Part shown: in pieces, positions 61,207 through 64,000 of the stretch
Position numbering within the stretch: the stretch's first letter is position 1
Layout of the letters: the number at the start of each line of letters is the position of its first letter
NCBI GenBank assembly: GCA_036644695.1
Contig: JAVXPO010000001.1
Span: 12,776-76,775, forward strand
DNA from: Akkermansia sp.
GTDB taxonomy: Bacteria > Verrucomicrobiota > Verrucomicrobiia > Verrucomicrobiales > Akkermansiaceae
Reading direction: 5' to 3'
DNA: 64,000 nucleotides
Notes under the pieces: model-generated
The model's database searches: none
What the model saw: the letters and a program-made list of their open reading frames with translations, nothing else
What the model was told of the DNA's origin: nothing
Program-made: the position numbers and the translations under genes

Positions 61207-62124
61207 ATGCACTTTAGCCTTGCCTTGTGTTCTGCGCTCTTGCTTTCCCCCCTTCTCGTCACTCCAGTACTTAGTACACAGACGACGAAAACAGAGACAA
61301 TAAAACCATCAATAACTCCCAAAAAAGCTATTGAACAATTCATGAAATTAACCGCCCTCTACCTCATTGAATTGCAATGGAACGATGGCTATAACAATCG
61401 CATCCCCAATCAGGCAGCGAGAGCAAAGGCAATGCTAGCTGGCAATATTTCCGATTGTCCACAAGACTTTCAAGAAGCATGGCTCCGTCAGGTACAAAAT
61501 CCGAGACGTAATTACTCTGCCCCAATTCTTAGGAAATACGGAATCACCTTAGCCCCTCTCCGCAAAGAATTACAAGAGGCACTCTATGCCTTTGACTCAT
61601 CTGTACGAGTCCCCGTCCCCCTTTACGATGAAGAGGAAGCTCCACCCAAGTTTGATCCCATGACTTGTGGTAAAAGACAAAATATCCTCAATGCAGTTAC
61701 CAAGCTCAAATGGCAACTTTCTGGTATAAATCCGAATCAAATCCCTTTGCTTCAACAAGAGATTCGCAAAGTCATGCTCGCATTTACACTCCATTATCTT
61801 GAGGCGATGGTTTGTCTGCAATATCATCAATTATCAGCAGCAGACGTGACGATGATGTTTCAGGGAATTGATGTTTCTCGGTGCCCAGCAGACTTTCGCA
61901 AAGCATGGCAACATGATCTCCCCTACTTCCTCAATGGTCAATTCACTCGTCCTGATCTACAAGTACAACCCGTTGCACTTCGTTACGGTATAGACGAAGC
62001 TGAAATCATCCAATTCGTTCGTAAAAAGATGAAAGAATGGGAAATAGATAATCCAACAACGAAAAAAAAACTACCCTCCTTTCGTAAAGACCTAAACGAT
62101 CTCAAAGTCAATATTCTCTCCTAA
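61207..62124 (+). CDS. Exported hypothetical protein with two internal repeats
   Basis: Signal peptide; SDCPQDFQEAW...LRKYGI and SRCPADFRKAW...LRYGI. Confidence 0.8.
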   Translation: MHFSLALCSALLLSPLLVTPVLSTQTTKTETIKPSITPKKAIEQFMKLTALYLIELQWNDGYNNRIPNQAARAKAMLAGNISDCPQDFQEAWLRQVQNPRRNYSAPILRKYGITLAPLRKELQEALYAFDSSVRVPVPLYDEEEAPPKFDPMTCGKRQNILNAVTKLKWQLSGINPNQIPLLQQEIRKVMLAFTLHYLEAMVCLQYHQLSAADVTMMFQGIDVSRCPADFRKAWQHDLPYFLNGQFTRPDLQVQPVALRYGIDEAEIIQFVRKKMKEWEIDNPTTKKKLPSFRKDLNDLKVNILS

Positions 62125-62424
62125 AAACAATCTAACTAAATGCCTTTTTTCTCTTTGTGGTGAGATGGGGTCTAGGGAAGAATGTATTTGATTTTGGACA
62201 GTGATTTTTGGGCGGAATCAGGGGCAAAGTTCAGAAAAACGGGGCAAGTTCACACTTTCTTTTTTCAAAATCGATCTTTTTCAAGGTTGCCCAATTAAAT
62301 TGCCTTCATATAACCCTGAATTAAATTCTCAAGAAAAACTCTGGGAGATACCTACACCAGAAGTATCCTAACATCCCATCATTCAATCAATATTTTGAAA
62401 TTACGCCATAAAAACAACTTATTA

Positions 62425-62453
62425 TTGACTTTATCTAGCCTTATCACTAATAT
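62425..62453 (+). promoter_or_regulatory. Sigma70 promoter of tRNA-Ser
   Basis: TTGACT-N17-TAATAT, 14 nt before the tRNA 5' end. Confidence 0.7.
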
Positions 62454-62467
62454 CTTTGCACCCCAAC

Positions 62468-62556
62468 GGAGGGGTGGCAGAGCGGTTTAATGCACCTGTC
62501 TTGAAAACAGACGTAGCCACAAGCTACCGTGGGTTCGAATCCCACCCCCTCCGCCA
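62468..62556 (+). tRNA. tRNA-Ser (anticodon TGA)
   Basis: GGAGGGG/CCCCTCC acceptor stem, GCCA end, D-loop GAGCGGTTTAA, anticodon loop CT-TGA-AA, long variable arm, GGTTCGAATCC T-loop. Confidence 0.98.
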
Positions 62557-64000
62557 AAATCCTTCTGCGTATAATGCAGAAAACGCTTGTTTTTCAAGGG
62601 GGGAGTCCCCTTATGGTGATGCTTATTACGCAGGGTGTTTTATTACGATTCTATTACGACTGCGGATTACGAGTTTGCAGTTATGAAAAACATAAGCATC
62701 AACAAAGACTCGAAAACGGGAAATTCGCCGCCGCACGCATCGCGCTGGAATCCCTCATTTGCTGGAAAGCATTGGAAAGCCTTCCTCTCATATTCTCCGC
62801 AAAATCCTTCATGGCAGGAACTGCCGCCATCCTCTTGAAGAGCTGATCCATATTCTCCATGAAATCGCCAATCTTCACAATACTTACATTCCCGTGATAC
62901 GCTTTGTTGGCGGCTCTTAGAGTATTCTCGCTCGCCTTCTTCCCTGTCCTATTGAACTCATCAACAATCTTTCGCCCAGCGGCATTCAACCGTTGGGCAT
63001 CATGCTCAAGAGCAACAGCCCAAGCCTCCTTCTCGTTTCTGATAAACAACTCAATAGCTTTTGCCGCCGTCTCCGCTTCATCCACGCTCATACCCTTGAG
63101 ATCGCCATACAAGACAAGCATCGTCAGCTCCTCATTGAGCTCCTCTATTCTGGCAGATACCTTCGCATCCATCTGATCGGGATTCTCTTTCTCAATTTCC
63201 GCAAGCTCGGCTTGCGCCTCGTTGATTGCCTTCTCCTTATCGCCAGCCTTCATCTCCAACATCGGTCTCACCTGTCGCTTCAGGTAATTGTAAGCCTCCA
63301 CGGACATCTTGCCTCGCTTCTGCGAACCCTTCTTTACCTTGATCGTCAAAACGCTATCGAGCATTTTATTGATACTGGCAACGATTCCCTCCTTGGCGAC
63401 CTCATCCAACTTGACGCAAGCCGTGGTCATCACCTCTGCCATCAGCTGATTAAGCCTCTTTTCCGCCCACGCCTTGCGGACTTCCTTGATAGCCTCTCTT
63501 GAAGCATCATTGACCCGCTTGTCAGAAACATTGCCAGCCTTGAGAGAATTGATCCGAGCCGTCAGCTTCTCTTCGCGCGTTTGGTACTTCGCTATGCCTT
63601 TGTCGAATTTGGCGTTCTCTCTTTCGATCCTCTTGGAGATATAGCCCTCATCCTTGTATCTCTTCCTGATGCTAATAATTCGCTGATTGCGTTCATTGTA
63701 GGCTTTCTTGACGGCTGTTCTGTCCTCATAATCAAGACTCTTGTAAAGGGCTTCCGTCTTCTCGTTAAGCTCCCCCTTCTTTTCAGCAAGCCTTTCGTTG
63801 TTTGTCGCTTCAATATCGCGAGCCGCCTCTTGCTTGAGCTGACGTATCTCCTCTTCAATAGCCTCTTTCATCTCCCTTCCAAGCTCTCGCTTGGCAAAAG
63901 CGTTCACCGCCGCCGTCTCGTCAATCCTCCCGGTGGCTGCCAGCTCGGCAAGAATCTGTAGGCGGTCGATAAACGGCTTCACGCGCACACGCTTTCCTGC
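62557..64000. mobile_element. Edge of a probable prophage or integrative element at tRNA-Ser, apparently rearranged or deleted
   Basis: Starts at a tRNA 3' end; ATTACGA repeats; visible shift to higher GC; carries a phage-like helical protein. Confidence 0.65.
62699..64000 (-). CDS. 3' part of a large helical phage-type protein (open past the window end; C-terminus probably a fusion artefact)
   Basis: Frame open from 64000 (AGKRVRVKPF...), A/E/K/R-rich helical sequence, ends abruptly in ...MRAAANFPFSSLC. Confidence 0.65.
   Translation of the reverse strand, partial: AGKRVRVKPFIDRLQILAELAATGRIDETAAVNAFAKRELGREMKEAIEEEIRQLKQEAARDIEATNNERLAEKKGELNEKTEALYKSLDYEDRTAVKKAYNERNQRIISIRKRYKDEGYISKRIERENAKFDKGIAKYQTREEKLTARINSLKAGNVSDKRVNDASREAIKEVRKAWAEKRLNQLMAEVMTTACVKLDEVAKEGIVASINKMLDSVLTIKVKKGSQKRGKMSVEAYNYLKRQVRPMLEMKAGDKEKAINEAQAELAEIEKENPDQMDAKVSARIEELNEELTMLVLYGDLKGMSVDEAETAAKAIELFIRNEKEAWAVALEHDAQRLNAAGRKIVDEFNRTGKKASENTLRAANKAYHGNVSIVKIGDFMENMDQLFKRMAAVPAMKDFAENMRGRLSNAFQQMRDSSAMRAAANFPFSSLC

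Noticed and set aside
62456-62846. ORFs 62456..62686 and 62529..62846
   Set aside because: They overlap the tRNA gene and the att-like region; spurious.
62904-63961. Plus-strand ORFs opposite the phage-like gene
   Set aside because: Leu/Phe/Ser-rich antisense shadows of a Lys/Glu/Ala-rich gene.

Overview
Mostly housekeeping chromosome from a bacterium that looks verrucomicrobial, most like Akkermansiaceae. This is inferred from gene content (PVC-type hypothetical proteins, RNase HIII, a mucin-type Asp-box sialidase, a PUR-domain protein), not from a database search. Core loci: dnaK-groES-groEL, ccsBA, purM-purF, an ECF sigma cluster, rfbBA, fhs, hisD, sucCD, hom-ask, trpB, parA, coaD, rnhC, ssb, hslO, murA, two HU/IHF genes and tRNA-Ser(TGA). 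Most notable observations: (1) a tandem pair of YfhO-like (GT-C) membrane genes whose last ~2.34 kb looks identical while the first ~200 nt, covering the predicted catalytic loop, has diverged, with a poly-G tract at the boundary in copy 1; (2) an exact sigma54 -24/-12 consensus ahead of dnaK-groES-groEL, with no CIRCE; (3) foreign DNA just after tRNA-Ser, with ATTACGA repeats, a possible integrase stub and a head-on, apparently truncated phage-like helical protein; (4) a dispersed hairpin-rich repeat found twice between convergent genes; (5) a ketopantoate reductase broken by one in-frame TGA; (6) an ECF sigma/anti-sigma module with an HtrA-like protein missing its whole catalytic triad; (7) a solo tyrosine recombinase; (8) a five-gene uncharacterised envelope operon around a prenyltransferase-fold protein. 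No CRISPR array, rRNA or intact IS was seen. I cannot demonstrate a new system from sequence alone; the YfhO pair and the envelope operon are the best leads.
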